Part shown: positions 10,817 to 20,935 of the stretch, one piece after another | Layout of the letters: each line of letters starts with the position of its first letter | How positions within the stretch are numbered: the stretch's first letter is position 1 | NCBI GenBank assembly: GCA_016699425.1 | Contig: CP064975.1 | Location: 2,979 to 66,978 of the forward strand | Direction of reading: 5' to 3' | Source: Candidatus Moraniibacteriota bacterium | GTDB taxonomy: Bacteria > Patescibacteriota > Minisyncoccia > Moranbacterales > UBA1568 | DNA length: 64,000 nucleotides | Notes under the pieces: model-generated | What the model was told of the DNA's origin: nothing | What the model saw: only the letters and a program-made list of their open reading frames with translations | The model's database searches: none | Position numbers and translations under genes: made by a program

Positions 10817-12568
10817 ATGCATCGATTCATCCAAGAAAATCCGGCTAGTCTGGCGCTTCTCGCCTTGCTGGTCCTCGGTCTGAGCTGGCAACAACCGTGG
10901 CCGTATATCTTGGCCATCGTGGCGGGGCTCATCATCCTCGGGACCCAGTCCTTCGAACGGATCAGGATCGGCAAATGGGACCTCGACTATATCGCGCTCC
11001 TGACCTTGGTCACGGCCTTGTTCCTCGGCGAGTGGCTGGCAGGGGCGATCATCGCGCTCATGATTTCGCTCTCGCGGGCCCTCGAGCAGTACGGGACGCG
11101 CCGGGCCGAAGCTTCACTCGAGGAGCTCTTTCGGCTGCTTCCGAAAAGCGCGCTCGTAGAACGTGAGGGCACCTTTGTCGAAGTACCGCTCCAGGCCATT
11201 CACATCGGTGAGACCCTCTCGGTCCGTCACCAAGAAATGGTCCCGCTGGACGGGACGCTCGTTTCCGCGGGCGGGCTGTTCAGTGAAGCGAATCTGACTG
11301 GTGAGATGGAACCGGTCGAATACCGCGCAGGCAAACGTCTACGGAGCGGTAGTGTGAATATGGGTGAAGCCGTGACGCTCACCGTGACCGGAGATTTCGA
11401 CCACTCAACGTATCAGAGCATGCTCGGCATCGTCATGGCTGGGAAACGCGAGCCGTCGCATCTGGTCCGACTGGCCGGACAGCTCAATTGGCCATTTACG
11501 GCCGTCACGCTCATCCTCTCCATCGGCACCTATCTTGTGACGGGCGACATGGAGCGCTTTCTCGCAGTGCTCGTCGTCGCGACACCGTGTCCGCTTCTCA
11601 TCGCTGCCCCGATCGCCTTCCTCGGTGGACTTTCCAAGGCGGCGCGCCGGCACATCATCATCAAGACACCCGAGACCCTCGAGCGACTCGCCAAGACAAC
11701 TACCATTTTCTTCGACAAGACCGGGACGCTCACCCTCGGCATCCCGGCGCTGCGAACGATCGTCCCCCTCGATGTCGCTGTCCCCGAGACCCAAGCCTTG
11801 GCCCTCGCTTCAGCGCTCGAAGAACACTCGCTGCACCCATTGGCCCGAGCGTTGGTCTCGGCCAATCGTGAACGACACGGTGAGGATCTCGATGCGACTG
11901 GTGTCACTGAGAATCTCGGCGAAGGCATCCGGGGTGAGGTGGGCAAAGAGCAGTACCGGATTGAAAAGAGTCTTTCGACCGAAGGGATGGCGGTGGAGCT
12001 GGTCGGGCCGGCGGGGCCGATCGCGCGCTTTGTCTTTGACGATGTCCCCAAGCCGGGTATCACTGTGACCTTTGACTATCTGAAGGCACGCGGGTTCACC
12101 TTGTCAGTCCTGACCGGGGACAAAGCAGCCAACGCTCATCGTGTCCTCGATCAGTATGGTTTACCGATCATCGCGGAGTGCGACCCCGAACGGAAAGTCG
12201 CCACCGTGAAAGCAGCTCAAGCGCGCGGAGAGGTGGTCGCCATGGTGGGCGATGGTGTGAATGATGCGCCGGCCCTCGCTCTCGCTGATGTCGGGGTCGT
12301 CTATTCGGGGACCGAGAACAGTCTCTCACTCGAAGCGGCGGATGCCGTTATCTTGAAGCGCGACATCGGACTCTTCCGTGAGCTCATCCATATCAGTCGC
12401 CGCTCATATCGGATCGCGCGAGAGAGTATGGTCATCGGTATCGGTCTATCCGTCATTGGTATGTTCGCTGGCGCGTTCGGCTATCTCCCCCCGGTCCAGG
12501 GCGCCATCCTCCAAGAGGTGATCGACGCGCTCGTCATCGTGAATGCTGTCCGCGCCGCGTACCGGTAG
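10817..12568 (+). CDS. P1B-type heavy-metal translocating P-type ATPase lacking an N-terminal metal-binding domain
   Basis: DKTGTLT phosphorylation motif, TM6 TPCPL (CPx-like) motif and GDGVNDAPAL hinge. 583 aa. Confidence 0.8.
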   Translation: MHRFIQENPASLALLALLVLGLSWQQPWPYILAIVAGLIILGTQSFERIRIGKWDLDYIALLTLVTALFLGEWLAGAIIALMISLSRALEQYGTRRAEASLEELFRLLPKSALVEREGTFVEVPLQAIHIGETLSVRHQEMVPLDGTLVSAGGLFSEANLTGEMEPVEYRAGKRLRSGSVNMGEAVTLTVTGDFDHSTYQSMLGIVMAGKREPSHLVRLAGQLNWPFTAVTLILSIGTYLVTGDMERFLAVLVVATPCPLLIAAPIAFLGGLSKAARRHIIIKTPETLERLAKTTTIFFDKTGTLTLGIPALRTIVPLDVAVPETQALALASALEEHSLHPLARALVSANRERHGEDLDATGVTENLGEGIRGEVGKEQYRIEKSLSTEGMAVELVGPAGPIARFVFDDVPKPGITVTFDYLKARGFTLSVLTGDKAANAHRVLDQYGLPIIAECDPERKVATVKAAQARGEVVAMVGDGVNDAPALALADVGVVYSGTENSLSLEAADAVILKRDIGLFRELIHISRRSYRIARESMVIGIGLSVIGMFAGAFGYLPPVQGAILQEVIDALVIVNAVRAAYR

Positions 12569-12620
12569 ACACAACTGTGAGCGATGGAGCGGCACTTCTG
12601 CACCGTTTAATCTGATGAGC

Positions 12621-12665
12621 GACACTACGCCTCCCGCCGCACCGACGGGATTGGGGATACAATAG
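12621..12665 (+). repeat. Cassette-boundary element copy a (intergenic; tiny ORF MSDTTPPAAPTGLGIQ*)
   Basis: GACACTACGCCTCCCGCCGCACCGACGGGATTGGGGATACAATAG. Confidence 0.8.
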
Positions 12666-12712
12666 GAGAAAATGGTATACTGACAAAAGAAGAGAGGATC
12701 TTTCTTGAATTT

Positions 12713-15676
12713 TTGAGTTTGTTTTCTCGTATGTCAGAAACGCGCGCTAGAGTCATCCAATATGTTTTTATTCTTACTGCACTCCTTGTTCTGGCGAGCG
12801 TCGGTTGGTGGTACTACCACCAGTCCCAAGCCTCGACCAAGCTGCAAAACTCGCAGGCAGGGAGTTTGACCAATGGCCTCCAGGGCTATTGGCCGCTCGA
12901 TGGTGACACAGTCGTCTGGACAGATACAACGACCGAGCTCAAGGACAAGTCTGGCAATAATCGGCACATGAATTCTTCTGGACTCGGTATCGACGAGTCA
13001 GTACCGGGCCGGATCGGGCAAGGGCTACTCTTCACGCCTGGCGGTGGTGCCTATGGCGTTACCACGAATTCTTTCAATGCCTATACGACGGGGACGATAT
13101 CGATGTGGTTCAAATACAGTGGTACGCCGGGGCAGGTGGGTACCTCTGGGACGCTTTGGGACCACGAGGACTGCGGCAACAACAAAGGCCAATTCCAGAT
13201 CGCCATGGACACAGATAACAGTGAGCTGTATTTGTGGATGACACAGTCCGGTGCCGGGTGTACCGCGGCCATTGGTGCATCCGTCAATCTGCCCAATCCG
13301 ACGGCCTGGCATCACTTTGTCTTTACGGATGATACGGGTGGGCACAAGCTCTATATCGACGGTATCTTGCAAACTCTGACGTATGCGAGTGGCAATGCAT
13401 CTATAGACTTTTTCCTCGACAATGTTGTCGGTTCGAGCAATACGCCTCAGATCGGTGAAGTAAATAATGAGAACTTCAGTGGCACACTCGACGAGGTTCG
13501 TATCTACAATCGGGCGCTGTCGGCGGACGAAGCCTGGTCGCTGTACCGCCTCGGCCAAGTGACCATCAACACCCGGCCCGGTGATGATGTGTTGGAAGAG
13601 GGTCTGGCCGGGTACTGGAAGGTGGATGAAGGAACAGGGACAAGCACGACCGCCGATGCAACGGGCAATGGGAACAGCGCGACTATGACAAACATGGAGT
13701 CGGGCGACTGGGTGGCGGGACAAGTTGGTCCGTATGCGCTTGATTTTGATGGCACGAACGAGTACCTGAGTGTGACAGATCCGGCGAGTGGAGTCCTCGA
13801 CTTCGCTGATAGTACGAACTTTGCGCTCACGGGCTGGTTCAATCGGGACACCTTTGCAGCTGATCACACCGTGATCGCGAAGAAAAACGATCAGACGACC
13901 AATCAGGGATATGTCGTTTGGGTAGACAACAATGGCAGCACCGATACGCTTATCTTCGAAGCATCCGATGGAACTGATACCTATCAGGTGCCCTCCAAGA
14001 CACAGTTCAATGCGACTGGCTGGCATCACTTCGCGGTCAACTGGAATGATACGGCAGGCGTCAGTCTCTACATCGATGGGCACCTCGACACAGGTACGCC
14101 GACGGGTACGTTTGCCAATGTGAACGTGCTCTCCAACGCCCTCGCCTTCCGAGTGGGCGCCGAATCGGATGCCGGCGTTCCCTTTGATGGGAAGCTGGAT
14201 GAGATCAGAGTCTACCGGCGGGCGCTTTCGGCGGGTGAAGTATCGCTCCTGTATCTCGAGACGCACCCCGATGATCCGAATACGAACTTGGTCGGGTACT
14301 GGACGTTCGATGGGATGGATGTGAGCGGTACGACCGCCATCGACCGCGGGCGCGGCGGGAATACCGGGACGCTCACGGGTGGTCCGACCGTCACCCCGGG
14401 TCGCATCGGCCAGGCGCTCAAGTTCGATGGGGTGGATGACTATGTGAATGCCGGAGTGTCAGCCGTCCTCGATGACATCGCCACGCTCTCCACCTGCGCC
14501 TGGATCAATCCGCGGAGCGCTGGTGAGATCTATAGCGGTTCTGACCGCTTCGGTGGCATCGTGACCGAGGGCATCCCTGGAGGATGGTTTTTCATGACGA
14601 CCAATGTTTACGGATCAGTCAGGTTACTCTTCTATGTCTACTTTTCCGGAACGGACGGGGCATGGTATCCAACTTCCGACACGATCCCACTGAACACATG
14701 GACGCATGTCTGCTTCACCTACAACAATACGTCCGCGAGCAACGACCCCGTGCTCTATATCAACGGAGCGTCGGTGTCTTTGACGGAGGACAGTACGCCG
14801 ACCGGCACGGTGGATTCCAATGCTGGGAGCGAGCTCCATATCGGCACCAATGACGTGACGGATCAGGTCTTCGACGGACTGATCGATGATGTTCGCGTCT
14901 ATGATACGGCCCTGACACAGACGCAGGTCACCGAGCTGTATCGCTCGACCGGGGGCAAGGCGATCACCGCGTCCTCGGGCAATGATACGCTGCGGAGCGG
15001 TCTGGTGGGTCTGTGGAGTATGGACGGGCAGGATGTAAATTGGGCTGACACGACGACCGAGGTGAAGGATGATACAGCCGGTGCCAATCACGGCGACGCG
15101 ACCAATATGTCGGCCGCCTCCGTCGCTCCCGGCCGTGTCGGTCAGGCCATCGACCTCGACGGCACCGACGACTACATTAGCGTCACCGACACCGCCACCC
15201 TCGACTTCACCGACACCGCCGACCTCACCCTCTCGGGCTGGTTCAACCGCGACACTGCCACGACTGACGATACTCTCATCGCCAAAAGCAACGGCATCAC
15301 CGCTGGTGACACCGGCTATCTCGTCTACCTCGACGATGCCACCGATCAGCTCATCTTTGAAGTTTCAGATGGGACCGATGAATACTCCCTGACATCGACC
15401 ACCACCTTTACCACGACTGGCTGGCATCACTACACCATCACCTGGGACCAGGACTCCGCTGCCAACTCTGAAATCTATATCGATGGGACTGCCAACAGTG
15501 CCACCGATACCGGGACCATCGGGAATATCGGTGACCTCTCCAATGCCCTCGCTTTCCGCGTGGGTGCGGAGAGTGATAATGGTAACCCCTCCGATGGGAA
15601 GATTGATGACGTCCGAGTGTATAGCCGGGTGCTCTCCGCCAGCGAAGTGACCCAGCTGTACAACATGGGGCGGTAG
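12713..15676 (+). CDS. Membrane-anchored protein with 4 tandem LamG / concanavalin A-like lectin domains
   Basis: N-terminal signal anchor. The DEVRIYNRALSxxE / DDVRVYxxALS motif repeats four times. The protein ends ...QLYNMGR. Confidence 0.75.
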   Translation: MSLFSRMSETRARVIQYVFILTALLVLASVGWWYYHQSQASTKLQNSQAGSLTNGLQGYWPLDGDTVVWTDTTTELKDKSGNNRHMNSSGLGIDESVPGRIGQGLLFTPGGGAYGVTTNSFNAYTTGTISMWFKYSGTPGQVGTSGTLWDHEDCGNNKGQFQIAMDTDNSELYLWMTQSGAGCTAAIGASVNLPNPTAWHHFVFTDDTGGHKLYIDGILQTLTYASGNASIDFFLDNVVGSSNTPQIGEVNNENFSGTLDEVRIYNRALSADEAWSLYRLGQVTINTRPGDDVLEEGLAGYWKVDEGTGTSTTADATGNGNSATMTNMESGDWVAGQVGPYALDFDGTNEYLSVTDPASGVLDFADSTNFALTGWFNRDTFAADHTVIAKKNDQTTNQGYVVWVDNNGSTDTLIFEASDGTDTYQVPSKTQFNATGWHHFAVNWNDTAGVSLYIDGHLDTGTPTGTFANVNVLSNALAFRVGAESDAGVPFDGKLDEIRVYRRALSAGEVSLLYLETHPDDPNTNLVGYWTFDGMDVSGTTAIDRGRGGNTGTLTGGPTVTPGRIGQALKFDGVDDYVNAGVSAVLDDIATLSTCAWINPRSAGEIYSGSDRFGGIVTEGIPGGWFFMTTNVYGSVRLLFYVYFSGTDGAWYPTSDTIPLNTWTHVCFTYNNTSASNDPVLYINGASVSLTEDSTPTGTVDSNAGSELHIGTNDVTDQVFDGLIDDVRVYDTALTQTQVTELYRSTGGKAITASSGNDTLRSGLVGLWSMDGQDVNWADTTTEVKDDTAGANHGDATNMSAASVAPGRVGQAIDLDGTDDYISVTDTATLDFTDTADLTLSGWFNRDTATTDDTLIAKSNGITAGDTGYLVYLDDATDQLIFEVSDGTDEYSLTSTTTFTTTGWHHYTITWDQDSAANSEIYIDGTANSATDTGTIGNIGDLSNALAFRVGAESDNGNPSDGKIDDVRVYSRVLSASEVTQLYNMGR

Positions 15677-15701
15677 GAAAACCTCAATACTATTTTTCAG
15701 T

Positions 15702-15746
15702 GACACCACCCCTCCCGCCGCTCCGACGGGCTTGGGGGTAGAATAG
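15702..15746 (+). repeat. Cassette-boundary element copy b (intergenic, after the LamG gene)
   Basis: GACACCACCCCTCCCGCCGCTCCGACGGGCTTGGGGGTAGAATAG. Confidence 0.8.
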
Positions 15747-15904
15747 GGAGGGGATGTCATCGCGAGCTCAACTTATTCCAGCGGACGAAGAATCGAGAAA
15801 GTTGATTCTAACCGGTAAAATGCCTGTAGTTTGCTTTATGTAAATTTTGTGTATAATGAATACGTAAATAGAGTATAATGTATGTATCAGAAATACATAA
15901 AATC

Positions 15905-17041
15905 ATGATTAAGCGGTTTTATAGCCCGTTAGAGCCATTTTTGAAGCCAAACAAGGTTCTGGTTCTCTATGGACCACGGCGGGTGGGGAAAACAACTTTA
16001 CTGAAGGAACTCCTGGATACGACGTCACTGAAATATCGCTTTGATTCTGGGGAAAATATCCGCGTCCAGGAAATATTGGGGTCGAATGATTTTCAGGCGA
16101 TCAAGGAATACTTGGCCGGATACGAACTGCTCGCGATTGACGAAGCGCAGCAGATTCCCAATATCGGTCGCGGGCTGAAAATCATCGTTGATAGCATTCC
16201 CGGTATCAAAGTCATCGTGACGGGATCATCGAGTTTTGACTTGTTCAATCAGGTCGGCGAGCCGCTCGTGGGCAGAAAGACGACACTGACGCTCTATCCG
16301 TTTGCGCAGTGTGAACTGGCGGAGAGTTTCAATACGTCTGATCTCAAGGAGCGACTGGAGGAATTTCTGCTCTTCGGTTCCTACCCAGATGTACTGGTAG
16401 CGTACACACGGGAGCAGAAGATCACGTTTCTCAACGACATCGTTGACGCGTATCTTCTGAAGGACGTCTTGGCACTCGATGGCGTGAAGAAATCGAGGAC
16501 GCTCGTCGATCTCGTCAAACTGCTCGCGCTGCAGGTGGGAAATGAGGTTTCTTTGAATGAGCTCTCCAATACTCTGGATACCAATATCCGGACGATTGAG
16601 AAATATCTAGACATTCTGGAAAAAGGCTTTGTGATCGTGTCGCTCGGCGCATTGAAGCGGAATCTCCGCAATGAGGTGCGGAGCAAGCGGAAGTACTATT
16701 TCTACGATACCGGCGTCCGGAACGCGCTTCTGTCCCAATTCAATCGTCTGTCGGAACGGAATGACGTCGGAGCACTGTGGGAGAACTTCCTCTTCATTGA
16801 ACGCTTGAAGAAAAGCACGTATCAGCAGCACTATGCAAACCGATATTATTGGCGGACCTACGAGCAGCAGGAGATTGACTATATCGAGGAGTATGGAGGA
16901 GCGCTCCACGCGTATGAGTTCAAGTGGAACAAAGAGAAAGCGCCGCTCCCAAAAAAGTTTTTGGACGCGTACGGACAGTCTTCTTTCGATGTGGTGACAA
17001 AAGAGAATTATTGGGATTTTTTGGTTCGGCTGAGTTCGTGA
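15905..17041 (+). CDS. AAA+ ATPase with C-terminal DUF4143-like domain (ATP-binding protein)
   Basis: Walker A GPRRVGKTT. The gene and its upstream region are markedly AT-richer than the flanks (TGTGTATAATG extended -10 at ~15850). It lies between two boundary-element copies. Confidence 0.7.
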   Translation: MIKRFYSPLEPFLKPNKVLVLYGPRRVGKTTLLKELLDTTSLKYRFDSGENIRVQEILGSNDFQAIKEYLAGYELLAIDEAQQIPNIGRGLKIIVDSIPGIKVIVTGSSSFDLFNQVGEPLVGRKTTLTLYPFAQCELAESFNTSDLKERLEEFLLFGSYPDVLVAYTREQKITFLNDIVDAYLLKDVLALDGVKKSRTLVDLVKLLALQVGNEVSLNELSNTLDTNIRTIEKYLDILEKGFVIVSLGALKRNLRNEVRSKRKYYFYDTGVRNALLSQFNRLSERNDVGALWENFLFIERLKKSTYQQHYANRYYWRTYEQQEIDYIEEYGGALHAYEFKWNKEKAPLPKKFLDAYGQSSFDVVTKENYWDFLVRLSS

Positions 17042-17109
17042 GCGAGTCCAGAGCGGAATATGCTGTGATCAATACTTCAAACTTTCGACAATTTCTCGCA
17101 CCGTTGTAA

Positions 17110-17255
17110 TCGCATGCAGTAAAGTTCGCCACCCGCCGCGCCGACGGGGCTTGCCGTCGAGTAATCGAAGGCGGGCAGGGTTATTTTTTTTGGGGGGGTA
17201 CAGTGAGTGTCGCAGTGTTATTTGGAGGTTCGACCTCCAAGTGGATTGGAGGCTG
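17110..17255 (+). repeat. Second repeat family, copy 1: degenerate boundary element (..PPAAPTGLAVE*) plus GCCGTCGAGTAATCGAAGGCGGGCAGGG...CAGTGTTATTTGGAGGTTCGACCTCCAA palindrome
   Basis: Shares about 80 nt, including the TTGGAGGTCGAACCTCCAA palindrome, with 34745-34860. Confidence 0.6.
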
Positions 17256-17330
17256 GTTGGATCCATAATCGTATCATTTTGATAAGAATTCCAGCTTGAT
17301 TGCCAGTCTATTTTTGGCTACAATAGTGGC

Positions 17331-17940
17331 ATGTCTACATATCCGGTCTCAGCGATAGTTTTTCGGCAGAGCCTTTTTTGGGATGCAGATCCCAAAAGAC
17401 TCGATACCGAGAAAAATGCCCGTTATATCATCGAGCGGGTGCTTGATTTCGGGAACGCTGAAGAGATACGCTGGCTCTTCCAGCGGTATCTCTCGGAACA
17501 GGGAAAGTGGGTGACGACGCTTTGGGAAAAGGGGACATTGTACGGACTCTTTCTGGGAGCCAAGGTGAGTTTCATTGCGTATCCTTCTTTTCGTCCCTTG
17601 GACGATCGCGTGCGGTATCAGTCTATACACCTTCTCTCGCCGAGGGATATTGCCGCGATGAAGATCGTGGCCGTGAGCCAACGTGGGAAGAAACGTGATT
17701 TCTTTGACCTGTACTGGCTGGCGCATCATGGTATCCCTCTGAAAGAGGCGATTCTTGGGGCTTTGGAGTAGTATAGGAATCAGCAACAGAGCCTGCCACA
17801 TTTCCTGAAGAGTCTCGTGTATTTCGCGGAGGCTGAAGACGATCCGATGCCTGAGATTTCTTTTCAGACTGATTGGCAAATGGTCAAAGAGTATTTCGAA
17901 ACGAACGTGCCTACCCTGACGAAGGAGTTGCTCCGGCTGG
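17331..17940 (+). CDS. Nucleotidyltransferase AbiEii/DUF1814-like C-terminal-domain protein, interrupted by an in-frame TAG at 17770-17772
   Basis: KIVAVSQRGKKRDFFDLYWL and, after the TAG, LVYFAEAEDDPMP, which are characteristic C-terminal motifs of that family. One frame runs through the stop. Confidence 0.4.
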
Positions 17941-18032
17941 AATAAACGCACGATTTCGGCGATTTTTCATGTCCGTTCATAGCACGGGTACCGTGAACAT
18001 GAGTGACTCCCAATCACCATTGGTGGTACTCC

Positions 18033-18077
18033 GACATCACCCCGCCGGCGGCGCCGACAGCGCTCGGGGTACAATAG
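18033..18077 (+). repeat. Cassette-boundary element copy c (intergenic remnant, directly upstream of the family A1 start)
   Basis: GACATCACCCCGCCGGCGGCGCCGACAGCGCTCGGGGTACAATAG, then AAAGGAAACAC ATG. Confidence 0.8.
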
Positions 18078-18089
18078 AAAGGAAACACA

Positions 18090-18925
18090 TGCACAAAACT
18101 CTTCTCCCAACACTCAAGGTCGTTTTCTTCCTCGGCCTCTTTCTCCTCTCGAGTCACTCGGTCTCAGCCGCCGGCCGGGTGTTTTCTGATGGGTTCGAGG
18201 ACGGCACTACAACTCAGTGGACAGATGGTACGACTGCTGGTGCAGAGGGGAAGTGTAACATCGTCACGTCAGCTCTCGACGGCGGTACGGGACCGAAATC
18301 CGGCACCAAGATGGCCCGGTGTAACTGGGATGGAACGCAAGGAGCGCTCTACGGACATTCGCATCAAGAGATGGATACGAGCTGGTCCATGGGGAATGAG
18401 GCGCTCATACGTTTTCATGTCAGAGTCGATAGCGACGTAGATGTAAAGGCGGGGTCAAAGTTATTCCGGTGGAACGGCTTCAACAGTTTTGGCGCGATCC
18501 AGTTCGAGTATGGTAACGGGGCCACACTGTACACGAGATCACACTCAGAAGATGGAACACAGCTTGGACCGACGAACTACGGGGGCGGAAACGCTTTCCG
18601 TAACGGTCAATGGCACCAGATCGAGCTGTATATCAAGAAGGGCAGCGGGGGCATCATCAGGGTATGGGTCGATGATGCATTGGTGTCTGAAGGACTAAAT
18701 ATCAACACGAACGATTCAACATGGAATCAGTTTCACATGATGTCGAATTGGTCGCTGAATGACGGCTGGGAGCATGATGCGAACAACCACATGTACTGGG
18801 ATGAGTTTGAGGTGTATTCGGACACCGGCACGAGCGGCACGGGTTCGCTGTCGGCTGGGACGGCAGCGCAGGGGTCAAGCGACACCACCGCTCCCGCCGC
18901 GCCGACCGGGCTTGGGGTACAATAG
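18090..18925 (+). CDS. Secreted ConA-like/beta-jellyroll protein, family A copy 1 (signal peptide ...SVSAAGRVFSDGFEDG), ending DTTAPAAPTGLGVQ
   Basis: Paralogs lie at 27613, 28499 and 30552. Conserved MARCNWDG, IRFxxRVDSDVD, WHQIE(L/I)Y and NWSL..HDANNHxYWD blocks. The last 45 nt are boundary element copy d (18881-18925). Confidence 0.7.
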
Positions 18926-18929
18926 AGAC

Positions 18930-20120
18930 ATGACGAACACGAACCAAAAACTTCTCACCCTTACCACATGCCTTACCTTAAGCTTTTTTAGCCTGGCTGG
19001 TTCTGCGTTGGCGGCACCGTCGATCAGTGGCACGTCCGGGACGTGGTCGCATGGTGGATCGGTGACGGTTAATGGTTCGGCTTTTGGGAGTAAGTCACCT
19101 GCGGCTCCGCTCGTGTGGGATCACGGGCAGTATGCCAATTTCACAGCAGCAGGATACGTCGGAGCTTGGCCGAATACTGGGCCAGGAGCGTCGAACATTG
19201 TGTATTCAACTGGCGTAAGTGGGGTCGTGATGCCACATGCGCGCACCACGACGTACGCAACAGGGTCACACCTTGGCGTGAACGACGAGACAGGCGGCAA
19301 CAACGTCCAACTCTGGACAACGTTCAACAAATCCAACGGTCAGCGGGTGTATGTGTCGTGGTACTCACGGCTAGACCCTGCGTGGCAGGGTGGGCTCGGC
19401 TCGCCATCAGACGGAAACTTTAAGACCTTTGGGTATTCCGGCGGCGGATACGGCCTGATCGTTTCGGGGGGAACAAATTGGTACCACGCGGGGTTCCTGA
19501 ACCCAGCGAGTTCCGATGCCCAGTATATAATCAACGACGATAACGGATCGACGCTTGATAACCCGGACGCAAACGGCGACAACTCATTTCATGAAAACAT
19601 GGTATCTCCCGGTAAGGGGTCGGCTAGTGACGCGTCGAAGTGGGTTAAAAATGAGGTCGAGATGCGGATTTACTCTACCAGCGGCCTGGGCGGCGGTTAC
19701 GTAAAGGCATGGGATAACGGCGTCCTAGGAATCAACTATGTGGGCAAGACGGACAACTGGTCCGGTACGTCGCGTAGCATCGGCGTAGGCGGATACGCTC
19801 GCGCGCAGGGCGCCACGACTCAGCGTCGCTACTTTGCCGATGTCTATATCGATACCAGCGCAGCTCGGGTGCTGCTGTGTCAGGGGTCTACTCTTGCGTC
19901 GCGCGGGGTGTGTGAGCCGCAGCCGCCGACGGCGTGGGGCGCATCGAGTGTAGCGGTTACGGTAAATGCCGGGAGATTCACGGACGGCTCGACAGCATAC
20001 TTGTACGTTTGTGACGATATTGGTTTATGCAATGCCAACGGCACAGCCATCACGATAGCCGGAAGTGGCGGGGGAGACACCACCCCACCCGCGGCTCCGA
20101 CGGGGCTGGGGGTACAATAA
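18930..20120 (+). CDS. Secreted protein, family B copy 1 (signal peptide then APSISGTSGTWSHGGSVTVNGSAFG), ending DTTPPAAPTGLGVQ
   Basis: Paralog at 29349-30544. The start lies 5 nt after the A1 stop. Boundary element copy e lies at 20076-20120. Confidence 0.7.
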   Translation: MTNTNQKLLTLTTCLTLSFFSLAGSALAAPSISGTSGTWSHGGSVTVNGSAFGSKSPAAPLVWDHGQYANFTAAGYVGAWPNTGPGASNIVYSTGVSGVVMPHARTTTYATGSHLGVNDETGGNNVQLWTTFNKSNGQRVYVSWYSRLDPAWQGGLGSPSDGNFKTFGYSGGGYGLIVSGGTNWYHAGFLNPASSDAQYIINDDNGSTLDNPDANGDNSFHENMVSPGKGSASDASKWVKNEVEMRIYSTSGLGGGYVKAWDNGVLGINYVGKTDNWSGTSRSIGVGGYARAQGATTQRRYFADVYIDTSAARVLLCQGSTLASRGVCEPQPPTAWGASSVAVTVNAGRFTDGSTAYLYVCDDIGLCNANGTAITIAGSGGGDTTPPAAPTGLGVQ

Positions 20121-20126
20121 AACCAT

Positions 20127-20917
20127 ATGCATAAAACACAGCGGCTTGCATCTCTCTCGGTCTTTGGCATCATCCTCGGCCTCTTTCTCCTCTGGAGTCA
20201 CTCGGTCTCAGCCGCCGGCCGGGGGGTTTCGGATGGGTTCGAGGGCGGCACTACAACTCTTGGGCAGCTGGTACGACTACTGGTTCTGACGGCAAGTGTG
20301 ATGTCGTCTCGAGTGGCCCTCGACGGCGGATACGGCAGACGGTGGATCCAAAATGGCGCGATGTAATTGGGACGGGACTCAAGGAACTCTACGGCCACCG
20401 CAGCCAGAGATGATCAAGCGCGCCTGGTCGAAGTCGCGCGCTTCATCCGGTTCTGGGCGCTCGACAGCGATGTGGATTAAAGCAGGGCAAAGCTTTTCCG
20501 GCCTGGGGCCGTTAGTTTTTCAGGATTCCAGTTTGAATACGGGAGGGGCTACCCTTCTTTCCACTATTTACAAGAGCGATTCAACCCAGCTTGGCACAAC
20601 GAATTGGGGCGGTCCGAGGTGAGGGACGGTCATGGCACCTATCGAAATCTACTTGTTGGAATCAACACGGTCAGAATAAGGGCATTGCACGAATATGGGT
20701 AGACGAGGCTTGTGTTGGGACAAGGGGCAGCTGGGCCGGTTTTCACATGATATCAATTGGTCACTGAATCAGGCTGGGATCACGACGCGAACAATCACAC
20801 GTACTGGGATGATTTTGAGTTTCCGACACGGGACGGCACTGGTTCGATGTCGGCAGGGACGATCCAGGGCAGCGACACCACCCCGCCAGCGCGCCGACAG
20901 GGTTGGTGGTACAATAA
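20127..20917 (+). pseudogene. Degraded chimeric family-A cassette (A1-like N-terminus, A4-like C-terminus, multiple indels), ending with element copy f (20874-20917)
   Basis: Aligns at DNA level to 30552-31415 with several deletions and frame breaks. Confidence 0.6.
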
Positions 20918-20935
20918 CGCAAAGAGATAATACCT

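Noticed and set aside
17207-17245. TTTGGAGGTTCGACCTCCAA considered as a tRNA T-arm or tRNA fragment
   Set aside because: It is a simple palindrome (6-bp stem with a 3-5 nt loop) with no acceptor or anticodon arms. It recurs at 34842 as part of the second repeat family.
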